This document shows positions 1 through 11,957 of a stretch of DNA of 52,566 bases, piece after piece. Numbering within the stretch: the first letter of the stretch is position 1; the number at the start of each line of letters is the position of its first letter. Location: NCBI GenBank assembly GCA_000934665.2, contig KZ538707.1, positions 1 through 52,566 of the forward strand, given 5' to 3'. A program made the position numbers and the translations under genes. Source of the DNA: Catajapyx aquilonaris. Its lineage: Eukaryota. The notes below the pieces were generated by a model. That model was given only the letters and a program-made list of their open reading frames with translations. It did not search any database and was not told the origin of the DNA.

Positions 1-941
1 CTTAGCTCTTATTGGCAGTATTAGTTTTCCATGAGCCACTCCATATTAGTGTTTTATGAAATTAGGAACTTCAATATTAAGCACATTGAATTTCTATACG
101 ATTGGTGTGAATTATTGCCATGAAACATTCATGCAGAATCGTCACCCCTTTTAGATGCTGATTTTAACTCTAACGTTTAATTTTTCACATATAAACGTTA
201 ATTGGTGAATTTTAGAGGGTCTTTTTCGATTGGACTAAGTCTGTTAGAATGGGTTTAGTTTTTCCCCCATTTTTTTCTTTTCATAATAAAATCCTACCTA
301 TACTGCTCTGAGTAGTTTGCAGCAGTCATTTTACGAGCCGTTCCATACCGGACTTGAGAATTGCTTGAGTAAGACCTATGGTACAGCTTAAATCAATTGG
401 TGAAGGTCTTACGTGTGCCTGCCTTGTTTCAGTACTTTCATTCCGCCGCGGAGGTCTTACTACCATTTTTTTTACTGAACGGAAAGTTTTTGATCTAATT
501 TCAGTTCTTTTTTGACAGTACACATAACTTATGCTCTACAGTGTCTACACTATACAGTCTGCACTATGAATGCATTGGAGACGATTTTCGCCGCTCAGAA
601 GTCCCTAAAATTATTTTCACAGAGACAGTCGTAAAAAAACGAAAGTGGAGTGCTACCAGCCAACGGTTAGTCTGATTTAATTATTATGAAATAGCCTATA
701 CGCTAAAATATACGGAACATTGAGAACTGTACCAGACGATACAAAAAAACACAAAGGTACATTAAAGTTGGGTGAAAACCCAACGGCGACAGTACGACTT
801 GGCGTCGCTCATCTCGTCCTCCTTTGACCCACAACAATATATGAGGTGGTAAACAACAACTGACGTTTCTAGGTGATGGCGTCATGAACAAATGAAGTAA
901 TGACAGAAAAATACGAGGTAAAAAAATCACAGCTCCAATCC

Positions 942-1176
942 TGCAGCAGGTGGAACTGTGATATTTTGAACATAGATCCGCACCATCCTACTGCATGTTG
1001 ACGAAGAAACCAAATTCCGAATAGTTATTGAGCAAAAAAATTGAGACGTATTTTTTGGTGGTTTTTAATTTTTTGCGGCGTTTTGAAGAGGAATTAAGTA
1101 AAAGTGTAAATGGTGGGAAATCAAGTCACGACGGTGGGGATCTGTGTTCAAAATTTGGAAGCTCTACCTACAGCAT
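942..1176. repeat. Imperfect inverted repeat, likely non-autonomous DNA transposon remnant
   Basis: 963-987 ATTTTGAACATAGATCCGCACCATC matches the reverse complement of 1130-1154 at 22/25, with weaker pairing extending outward. Confidence 0.55.
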
Positions 1177-1379
1177 AACTTGAGTTAGGGCGAATAAAAA
1201 AACCGTAACAAGAACAAGAAGAACAAGTAGGAAAAATTCATTGTTGAAACATTGTTGAAATCTATGCTACGGTCTTACTTAAGGGCTGTCGCCTTTAAAA
1301 TGATTTGGGAAAGTGTGGATTAAAATTAGGGACAGTTATCCTACACCTCTGCAATCAAACATTCCCTTCCCATCTCCTC

Positions 1380-1560
1380 ACTGTTTACTCCAGATTGTAT
1401 GGAGCAGCAAACATTGTACAGTGTTGGGCATAAATCGAGGTATATTGCTAGCGACATTTTCCGAAGCGGAAGAAGAAGGAATCGAAGATAAAGATACTGC
1501 AAGCCGGGCGAGCAAGATTCCTTCTTCTGCCACTTCGAAAAATGTCGCTGGCAGTATGCC
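1380..1560 (-). mobile_element. Degenerate hAT transposase C-terminal dimerisation-domain fossil
   Basis: Two overlapping frames give FSKWQKKES.. and LARLAVSLSSIPSSSASE...RFMPNTVQCLLLH, matching the hAT pattern W....P.LA.LA...LSIP.SSA..ER.FS...RL.P..V..LL.LH with frameshift and deletion. Recognised by eye. Confidence 0.5.
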
Positions 1561-1601
1561 TCCATTTATGTCCAACACTCCACTTGTATATTCCTAACCA
1601 C

Positions 1602-1746
1602 AAAGTGCTTGAAAATCCAACTAAATAATGTAAAATTATACACATGGTTCTGAATATGGTGGTATTCCCACCCCCCTAAGAGGGCCATACAGCCCTAGTA
1701 TGGGGTACTTAAAAAAATAAAAAATAAAAAAAGTGCTTGAAAATCC
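1602..1746 (+). mobile_element. 5'-truncated non-LTR retroposon insertion with 17-bp target-site duplication
   Basis: AAAGTGCTTGAAAATCC at 1602-1618 and 1730-1746 flanks a 111-bp insert ending in a GC stem-loop (AGGGCCATACAGCCCT) and an A-rich tail. Confidence 0.7.
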
Positions 1747-1954
1747 CCTCTTACATTCAGCTTGTTTTTGTGAAAATATTCATGCATAATCGATATCGAA
1801 GTGTAGTTTCAAATCCAAATTCCAGGAGAAAACAGCTTCAAACCTGAATATTAATGCAGAAAAGAAATGTCCAATACTCACACATTGACATCATTGAATT
1901 TTTTTAAAATTATCTTATATTCATGTAAATGAATAATGCAGCCAAAGTTCTTAC

Positions 1955-4900
1955 CCCACTAATAGCAAGTTGTTCCTTGGTCCATTTTGGTATCCAATGA
2001 TAGGAATCATTGTAAAATTGAACAGTGCTCATCACCACCGATGCGCTGGTGAGATACATGACACTCACAATCACGTACAAAACTGCATTCTGCAAAGAGT
2101 AGCACAGGTTTAGTTAGGGTGTCACATGGTAGTGTGCAAATCAACCAAAAGGAGTGCAGGTGCCAGAACTCACCATTCTAGTCCAGTTGACTGGGAATAT
2201 ATAGACCAAATGTGATATGTCCAGAAAAAGAAGTAAACACGTCAAAAGGAGGGTGAACACGGTGACAAATATCATAAAACGTAGTCTGCCTATCAAAGGA
2301 AGCATGAAAAGGGTGGTTTTCGCAGTGCCCGAAGTGCACAGGCAGGCAAGGCAAGCAACCGAAGAAATCTGTGAAGATGTGGGAAAAGGGGGACGTGTTA
2401 ATACAACACACAGACACAGTGGCACATGGTCATGCACTTATTTTTTAAAAAAACGAATACAGTTGCACAGGTCGCCGGAAAAAACTTTCTCACATCCATA
2501 TCCATGGGCAATTATTTCATTATGAGTTTTCATCATCCCAAGTACATGTAGCTCCCATTTCAGAACTGTCCATTTTATGATTGCTCACATTAACGATATT
2601 TTCTAAAATTATCTACAAAAATGGAAAATGTTAACAAATAAGCAGCAAATATTAAAAGTAACAAAAAAATGGGACAGAAATACATTTCTGCAACTCCTGA
2701 CAGTCCAAATGTACAATAGGCACGGCGCATTGTGGCAAGGCCTGTAGACAGTACTGTATTATTGGTCGCTGCCCTCCTCAAAATGCTGCAGTTGGCAATA
2801 TGTTATACTACTGTTCTGTACTGAAGTTCTTGACAAACAAGTGAAAGGAACCTGATGACCCTCAGTCTACGTAACGTGCAATTTAGTCCATGTGGTTAAT
2901 GCATAATTCAAGAGCTCACCTCATAGACATACATAATTCCACTATTTATTGTATTTGTGGTAAATTCAGGATTTACAACAAAATTCAACCCTTTATAAAT
3001 TAAATCAGTAAGGTACTTGTTCTTAGTTATATTTCCCTGTCTTATCATCCTTCAGTAATCTTCCGGCAAACAATATTCATAAGGTCTAGGGCAGAAACAG
3101 CAACAGTGGATAATTATGGAGCCCTACCAGAAATAATTGGGCAAGGGGAAAGGGGGCTGCACGGCAAAATCAATCTGTGGACCCTTCTTTCTCCTTTTCC
3201 AGTTATAACAGCATTATATGAATTTAGATTAATATGGTCATGTAGCTGAGTGTTAAAACAGTGTTTCATGCTTTCAAAATATGGTGTGACTGAAGTGTGC
3301 CAGCATCAAACATTTTTTGCAGCTTGGTCATCAATAGTTCCGAGAAAAACAGCAAAAGTTATAAGAGTCTACGTACTCAGATAAGAAAGCGACTTGCTTC
3401 TGCTGCTGATAGTAACCAGTTACCAACAACTTACTCTAAAATAATAATTAAAAACTAATGCAATTTATTTCCCATATAAACTGACATTATTAATTGGGCT
3501 GCCAAATTACAAAATATGTCTCGAAAATGTATGTAAAACTGAAGGAAAATGTTCCAATACAGAAACTTCAGGTATCATTATTTTCAGTGTAACCATTAAG
3601 TATTAATGAATGGCCTAATTGCAAGAGTAGCAATACTAAATCAAGGAGGAACCAAGTAATGACTAGGCATCAGTAGTGTCACTTCCATTCAGTCACTTTG
3701 CAACAATGCAGAAAAAATTCTACCTCTACTTTGGTTCAAGGCAGGCTTGGAGTGAGCTCTTTTTCCCTTCTAATAGTTCATCAGATTAGTTCTGTGTTGC
3801 CTCTAGATTAGTATGGGATTCTCCCATATCACACAAAGTCTCAGGTGTATATGATAATATATGTACAATTTTTTTTGTATGGCTTATTTTAAAATCTAAT
3901 AAACCTTCCCATTGATGTAGTCGTAGACATTCAAGTCCGAAAGATTTGGACCCGTATGTCCAATTTGTGTTCCTGTATGTTTATGTACGATCGACGTCGT
4001 ATATTTCAAAAAGATATGGAATGTACAGTACCACAATTAAATTAATGAGAATCACAAAAAGTGCCAGTGGGAAGTTCAAGAAAAGAACATACATTATTAT
4101 TGTCCCAATGGAGCATTTCTACATCTGTGATTGGCTTAAGTTGTTAATTATTAAGTTGATTTTGGGAATCAAATTTTGGGAGCAGACTTGTGATTAAGTT
4201 TTAACATATTTAATGAAAGTAAAAGTATGACTTTTATTACTTTAAAAACCCAAAAGTCATTTACCCAAATTAACTGCTTATTAGCAAGTTCTAAAACAGT
4301 GTCATAAATGGCACATACCTAGGTCAGTACACTACAATTATGCCTTATTTCTGGACTCAAGTTTAAATGCCTTAGTTCCTCACTAGGGTTACCTTGCCCT
4401 TGCAAGAGAAAAATTGCCAATTTTAATGCAAGAACAATTTTCTTACAGTGAGAGCCACAGGATTCATCTTTCTTCTGGCGTTCACAAAAGAATGAAAAAC
4501 CCTGTCATGGAAAGTCTGCTTCAGTGTTGAAGATTGGAAGCAGTCCCAAATCAGATCATCAACGATTGTGAACATACAGTAGCTTCAGTAGGTTTGCATG
4601 GCGCTCTGTGCACACACAGTGGGAATGACACAAGTGCAACTCCTTTTTAAAGGTACTTGTGATTTTAAAATATTCCACTTTTCAATTCCTTAAAACAATG
4701 TACCTGCACCAAGATTGATTTTGCTGGCTACCATGAGAATTGATATGTAAATTGTTTCCAGTAATATTAGACAAAAATGTGAAACTGTGTTATCATATAC
4801 CTGTTCTCAGAGCTGTGAAAATCTTGACCTGATATGCAATATTTTCAGCTTTAAATTAGCCACAGAAGGCCCTATGAAGCATCCACATTTTAATTCCAAT

Positions 4901-7769
4901 TTATACAGCAATGACAGACGATTTCCAATTTTTTAAGTCATAGAAATGATTATTTAACTACATCAATGCTGGTTACACAATGTAGGAAATGCTTTACGTG
5001 GATCATCATTACAGAGACTAATGAATACATGCAGTTTAATTTGATTAAAGGTACGGCTGATGGACAACATAAATCTAAAAAATTATAGACTCATCTACAA
5101 TTGCCATAGAAATTGAGTTCTGCAAGGTTCCCAGCTCATTACGTGGTCATTTCAAACACACAAAAATGGCAAATGCATGACTTTCAAGCCCAGACTCATA
5201 GAACTCCGAGGGCAGACAATTTAAAACCACGTTTTGCATTTTCATGCAACATTACAAGCACCCAAATTCCACTGCAAGTTATTGTAGTATACATGAGAAA
5301 ATCAACCTTGCAATATATCCTTTAAATAACCAAATTCAGTATGTCTACTTTAAAAAGTTTCAGAGGCATTTTAAAAACTGACCGTGAGATGTCATGATAA
5401 TAAGATCAATATAATTTATGTAGGAAGAGTTTGATATAAGTTGGCAATGTCATGGTCAGAGTTATGGTTGCAGTCAATTGATTATATCAATGACCACCAT
5501 TTCAGACTCATTATCTGGTTTTACTGGATTACTTACACAAAAATATTCATTTTCTGAATATAAACCTAGGTCAGTTGAAGTGTCAATTTAGTCGAATTTC
5601 TTTTTTGCACTATCCTATTTTTAAGTAGTAACTTATGAAGAGTTGCTTCTATGGACTATCAAGAATATTTGCTGTCAATTACAGGCTGACAGCAAGCATC
5701 CACAGAGGCCCTGAATTAAATATCTGAGTTGAAGGCATGCCAGCAAACCATGTTGAACTCGCTGGCATCCAGTGTCAATGATTGAACACATACTATAAGG
5801 TAGGTCCTTCTGGATTGATTACCAAGACTGCCCATTCAACATGCATTAGCAGCTAATTACCATTACATCACATTTCCCTTACAGTAGTAGTCAGTATCTA
5901 AATAAATGCACATTAGCCACATTTATGAGCTAAAAACAAGCTGGCACACATTCAGTGTAATAAAAAGTGTAGCAAAACAACCTGGTAAAAGAAACTTTAA
6001 AAATTACAAGTGTACAAACATAACCTGTCACCATATATGGGCATGTACTGTACTTTAAAGAGCATTAAGGCTTACCCAACCAATGAGGTCCTGCAGCCCA
6101 AAAGCCATATTTATTTACAAGGATAATTACAGCAAGGCTCACATGATCTCACCGGAATTGCATTAAACGTGACTTTAATCTTAATAATGTCAGGTGGTAT
6201 GAAAAGTGATTGTTGTAATTGACAATCTTTAAAAAGACCCTGCATTAAAGCAACTGCTGAAAAATAATTGGGCTAACGCCCAAAAATTGCCACCTGTACG
6301 GAAAATTCAACTGGAGAACACTGCATTATCTAATGTGTTATCAGTCAGGAGAAATTAGGGGGCACAAAACCTTGAAGAATATTGCATGATAAATAATGCA
6401 GCTTGGGCTAAGGTCAAGGTTAAGGTACAAATGGTGAACACTGTTCAGTTGCCTTTGCTCACTTAAAATGATTACATTACATTGAATGTCACTTAGAAAT
6501 GTGAAATGTGTTTCATCTGTATTTGTTACCTAACTTATCTCTGACTATCCCTTTCACAGGGACATTCCATGGGACAGTGTTGTCACTAAACTTTCAGCTT
6601 CAATGTAGTCTCTACTTACAATACTAAGGCAATTAATCAATCTTAAATTTTAGGAGCAACAGATGCCAACTCAGAAAAGTTTTCTTGCTACAGAACTTCC
6701 ACTGAGTGACTGAAAAAGTATTCATAAAGAGTCCTTACTTTCTAAGTTCATAAACAACTACCAAAAACTATGACAAGTAGATCTCATTCTGGATTCAATG
6801 GTAATAATTACCAGAGGAAATGTACTGAATAGGCAAATAGGCCTAGACATCCCTCCATAATTCTGCCATCTTTATTGGCATTGGCTGCCTACTTGCAGAC
6901 ACTAGTTACCAGTCATACCAGACTCCTCACAGGATATGTCTGACATTGATATCAGTGTCAGCCATCACCACCTTCATGGGGTTGAATTTGAATTGGTCGA
7001 TTTAGAAGAGTAATCATGCATTGCCATTCCATAGCTCCAGCTTGAACTTCAAATTGGATAATATTTTTTCTGAAATCTTATCTCAGTACACCTCCTAGAT
7101 CTGATTTAGTTGATTGGTTTCAGCTCGAGACTATTAGAGTCATGACTCCCATGAATTTTATGCTGCGAGAGACTTACTGTTGCTTGCTTGTAGCAAAGAA
7201 AAAGGCACACACCACACACACCAGACAAACACACAATGCAATAAGCGGAAGTATGAATGGAGAGAGACACTTACAACTAAAATAACCCGTAAGACTCCAG
7301 TGCAGGACTTGAGGTGAGTATTGTCGCAGTAGAGGATGACCCCTGTGAAGACGCTGTCCCCGTCGTCGTTGTGAACCTCCTCGGCCTGCTGGTGGTGGTG
7401 GTAGACGGCATGCGAGTCCCACGAATGGATGGACATGAGCGACTGGCACTTATTTTCCGCTTCTGCCTCCTCCTCCACCACCACTGTGTTCATGCCCGTG
7501 CGGCTTCCATCAATTTCAAAGTCTTGGAATGAGTCTGTGTGGAAGCTGCCTGGGGTCAGCTCACGAATCTCCTCCAGCAGCACTTCGATCTCATCTGATG
7601 CATACAGGTCCGACACAGAGTTGATGTATCGTGCAGCCACAGATGAGGCCGACACAGATGCGAGCTGGATTCTGGTGGTTGTGGCCGCAGTGATCAATGA
7701 GGTCTCTCCCAACCCGGTGCTGCTGCCCACACGATCACGCCCACTCTCCTGGTCATGAGACCTGGGCAT
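1955..7769 (-). CDS. MARVEL-domain (CKLF/CMTM/plasmolipin-like) membrane protein with a long acidic N-terminal region; 3' exon(s) not found
   Basis: Phase-0 GT-AG exons 7769-7275 (MPRSHDQ...HLKSCTGVLRVILV), 2368-2174 (ISSVACLACL...FMIFVTVFTLLLTCLLLFLDISHLVYIFPVNWTRM) and 2089-1955 (NAVLYVIVSVMYLTSASVVM...KEQLAISG|gtaag). HLKSCTGVLRV before TM1, a PVNW motif and three hydrophobic helices fit MARVEL. The fourth helix must be in an exon I could not place, probably left of the window. The start codon is uncertain. Confidence 0.8.
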
Positions 7770-7857
7770 TATTGGTCGCGCGGCACCCCTGGCAAAACCG
7801 AACCCTCCCCCCCACCCCTCAGAGGTACCACCAAGTGCCAAATCAGGTCCGGTGGTT

Positions 7858-7942
7858 GGGGAGGGGGAGAGGGGGCAGGGGGGAAGGGAAGGGGGAGGGC
7901 AGGGGGAGAGGGAGGGGGGAGGGAGAGGGGGGGAAGGGAGGG
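7858..7942 (+). repeat. Polypurine G-run tract (G-quadruplex/H-DNA potential)
   Basis: About 85 nt almost entirely G/A with more than ten G3+ runs, roughly 90 nt upstream of the putative MARVEL ATG. Confidence 0.75.
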
Positions 7943-9539
7943 TCACCCGGCCATTTCTTAGCCCCCAATTCGCCACCTTGGCTGCACCACCACTGGCACT
8001 GGTCACACACAAGCACGCGCACACCACTTCTGGTGGCGCAACCTCCTCCTTCCAATCGAAAGCTCACTTGAAGTCACTTCTCTGTTTATATCTTCCGTTA
8101 CATTGCATCACAACTTGAGGCTCGCACCACCATCCTAGAACAAATGACAAAGAACATTCAGTTACTCAGATCAAAGTTTACAAATACGGCATTACAGGAG
8201 CAGACACAACCATGTGCACCATGTACATAACAGCAAAAAGTCCCATAAGAATAATTATGCTTGGATTTTGCCTTGAGATCAATGTGTGTGGAATGTATGA
8301 CTAGAGACTTTCCTCCCTCCTTTTCATGAGTAAATAGGCCATTAAAATAATATTTCTTTCCATATACTGCATGCTGTTGCATTTCAAGTGCTCACTACCA
8401 TTGTCCTGCATGGGCTATTGTCATCTAATGTGGAACTGCCATTATATTACTTTTAACACCGTTACCCTGCCTCAAATCTAGTATTTATCACTCACACTCA
8501 TGCATGCAATCCTCCTCCATGACAGTTTAAATTGCATTGGCACATACTATACAGCTACCACTTTACATTACTTTACCAACACCCAATAACCTAATTCAGC
8601 TTTCCAGATGAAGCACTTGGTGATGAAAAAACTCATGTATGGCATCACATTACTTGTTACTACATATTGACCAAGAGATTGTCATGTAGTTAATTTCACT
8701 GACTTTGTGTGGGCAACCGTAACACAACAGCCGTAGACTGACCTGGGAGCCCAGTTTTACCTGCACTGAATAACTTGCAGCTTTCAAGATTCATAATTAC
8801 TCTCCCTAGTTATGATAATCACTTGACAGAGGCCCATGTGTGAAATCAAAGTGACCACATTCATGAAATGTAAGCGATGAAATGAAACAACCCTGCGAAT
8901 AACAACAACGCTGCCGAGTCAGTCCGTCCTCAACTACATTAGCCTTGAGAGATGCTCCAGGTATCTTAAATAATGAAACCACCACTTCACCCACTGTGCC
9001 ATTGTTTCTGACCTTGACCAAATAGGCCTAGTCCACTACAACTTAACTTGGCAGGGCTCATATTGAGATGCGTTTGCTGCAAGTATGTATGCCATCATTG
9101 TACCAGCATCCACACAATGCAGATTCCCATCCCACCCACCAAAAAGTGACACTTGCACTCATCATTTCCACCACCATCCCAGAGCTGGGCCTAGCCTGTG
9201 CTCCACAAACCATCTCGATATGCCCCCGACAGCAGGCCACAGGCAGCATGCAACCATGTTGGCCCTCCCCACATGTGCAAACAACTCATCAGCTGGTCCC
9301 ACTTTCCCCCCAACCAGTAACGCGAGTCACCCCTGACCTGCCCGGGTCACCCTCCCGAGACCCCCGCATCGCACCTCATCCCGTGACACGGCGTGTGCAA
9401 CCCGTCCCTGACCCTCCAGGAAACCAGGCTGTCCGTCCCGTATTATCTATCCATCCCCGAATGGACTGTTCCATTTCAAGGGGACCGATCCACCTTTCGA
9501 CAGGCCGCACGCAATCTCCCGCACCCGCATCACCCGAGT

Positions 9540-10830
9540 GCAGGTGCCCCAGCCTCTCTGGACTTACGGTGGCCCCCGATCCGCCCCCGGCCGCGGGGAA
9601 GATGCGTCCCCGCCTCGCCTCCTCCTCCTCCGACTAGGACGACCCCCGCAGCAGCCAGCTTAGGTCCACATCAGTCGGACGGGCCGTGGGGGAAGCCTCC
9701 TCCTCATCATCTCGCTTCCTCCTCCCCCGCCCGGCCTGCCCCCGCCGCTCCTCCTGGTGCGCCCCCGGGGCAGACTCCAGGGGCCCCACCCTACGCGGTA
9801 TCTCCTCCCACTGCCCGACCGCTGCTGCACCGATTCACCTCTTCACGCTCCTCAGACTCCGCCATCTTTGGTGGGGGAAAAAACGTACGAGTACCGATGC
9901 ATCGACATCTGTCGTGTCCACTTCCGGTGCGGACTCGGAACCAGTGCCCTTCGAAGCCTCCGCGATGCACTGCCCGCAGCCTCAATATTGCGGCTCGATT
10001 TGTGGGCGGGGGCTGGCCCGGGGGGATACCAGTTCTCGGAATCCGAGGTGCCGGTCGCTGGCTTGACCGGAAGCAGTCAGAAATAAGCACTGGCGCACGA
10101 AACTGGAGAAATCACGGCATCCGCATATCAAGGACGGCAATTAACAAGTGCCGTACAGTGCGGAATGACCGTTCTTTAAAAAGAAACCAATTAATGGAAT
10201 TCAGCCAAGATATGGCCATAATTACTGCAATCTTTGCGTGGTTGTCACTATATTGATAGAAAGGATTTCACCTTTCACGTGTACTTATTGGTCCGGACTT
10301 CACCTGGACTTTAGTCGGACTTCAGTCTCGGCGGGTGTACGAAGGATTTCATAAGTGATTAACCCTCTCGTTGGTTGTACTGTACTGTACACAACAACTT
10401 CGTGCGACATCATGCAAAGTACCGTACATGCAGATACTTGCCGGCCCCTGTTGCCAATACACACAGTTCATCTTTTATTATCAAACGGACCGCATGAACA
10501 GCATTATACTGCGGGGGACATGTCCCGGTACTGTGTTAGGGGTGAAATGGGACCATGCGCACCACCCGGAGAATATGATGCGGCACAGCAGCGTCGCGGC
10601 GGCGCGGCGGCGGGCCACTCCAGCTGATGGGCCTCCGTATGATATGCTGCAGCAGCGGCTGCAGTGCGCGCTTTAGTTCGAACCTTGCCGTGTGTCGTCA
10701 CCCGGGATGAAAGATGGCGGCTTGCTGCGCCCTGCGGTCGGCACCTGAAGCGACGAGGGAGGGTGTGACCAGCTGAGAGAGTGAAGGGCACAGGTGTGCG
10801 ACGAGGGAGGGACACTCAGCTGGAAGAATG
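9540..10830. promoter_or_regulatory. CpG-rich bidirectional promoter region, MARVEL gene (-) / VAC14 (+)
   Basis: GC- and CpG-rich island between CpG-poor gene bodies. AAGATGGCGG occurs on - (9868-9859) and + (10711-10720); ETS-like CACTTCCGG (~9920) and ACCGGAAG (~10067); a minus-strand donor ACC|GTAAGT near 9567 suggests a 5'UTR exon of the MARVEL gene. Confidence 0.65.
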
Positions 10831-11924
10831 TCGGAGAAGGACTACAGTCCGCTGAGCGTGGCCTGCGTAAGGGCGCTCAACGACAAGCTCTACGAGAAGA
10901 GGAAGGCGGCGGCGCTCGAGATTGAAAAGTACACAAGTATACAGTCAGCGCGTGACTTAGTTGGGGACGTTCACACAGGACACCTACGAAACCGAACACG
11001 TTCTGGAACCAGCCCAGTATGTTTGCCAACATGCTGTTGGAGCCCATGGTTGACATGAATAAGTTGGTGACACGACTGTCCTAGTACTGGGCCGGGTCTG
11101 GAACCGGTGCAGTTTCCACAGCACTGTACTGGTTGGGGTGTCAGCCAGTTGGTTCGTGAAATGGGGTTTAATGGTGGTTTTGTTGCCTGCAGGATGGTGA
11201 AGGAATTCAATGCGGTGAACAACACAGTGCAGATCAGGAAGCTGCTCAAGATCCTGGGGAGGGACTTTGCCATGTCGCAGAACCCACACACCAGGAAAGG
11301 GGGGCTCATTGGACTTGCTGCCATGGCCATTGCCTTGGGAAAGGTCAGTTTACATGCCAAGGGAGGCGCTTGCAGAGGGGAGTAAATTAACTACTCCCGG
11401 AGTTCTTTCTCCGTCAGGGATTAACACCATTGGAAAGTTTCACTACAAGATTATGGCTCCTCCCGTAGGTTTGACGTCGAAGATACGGACCCAAATCTGG
11501 TTGACATGAGTGGTGTCCAAGCTAACTCTCATTATGTGCAAGGGTGGATCAAATGACAGGTTAAAAGTTGCATTAGAAATGGTTTAAAGGCGGCAGTTTG
11601 GGTTGTCACTTGAGCAACAAGAGTTGCAGTCATGTATGGCCCATGTAATCAAAGGCATTTTGTTGGTAGGTTGTGAATTAGTCAGACAGCAAGCTCTGCA
11701 AGTCATACATTACAATCGAAATTCTTACAGTGAAACCTGCCCATAGTGGACCCTGAGTATAACTGAAAACTATCTATTGCAGAATTTTTTTGAGAAGGGG
11801 CATATGGATATGTCATAAATTCGCAGTTACTGTGTCGAATATAGCGGAAATCTGTCCATAATATGTTACCGAAGAATTTTAGGGTCCCATGTGATATGCA
11901 CAGGTTTCTCTGTATTAAAAATAA

Positions 11925-11957
<33 letters not shown>

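Noticed and set aside
1..1954. Final MARVEL exon (fourth transmembrane helix)
   Set aside because: Candidate minus-strand acceptors near 1844, 1621, 703 and 605 give immediate stops or non-hydrophobic peptides; the exon is probably outside the window.
7770..8118. Pro-rich and Gly-rich ORF extensions over the G tract
   Set aside because: Translation of a low-complexity purine tract; the MARVEL frame has no ATG upstream of 7769 before the stop at 8064-8066.
9068..10256. Long Pro/Arg-rich ORFs (189 and 287 aa) on +
   Set aside because: Open frames expected in a GC-rich promoter island; low complexity, no domain, non-ATG or weak starts.
10515..10526. GGGACATGTCCC palindrome matching a p53 half-site
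   Set aside because: Only one half-site, with no adjacent second decamer.
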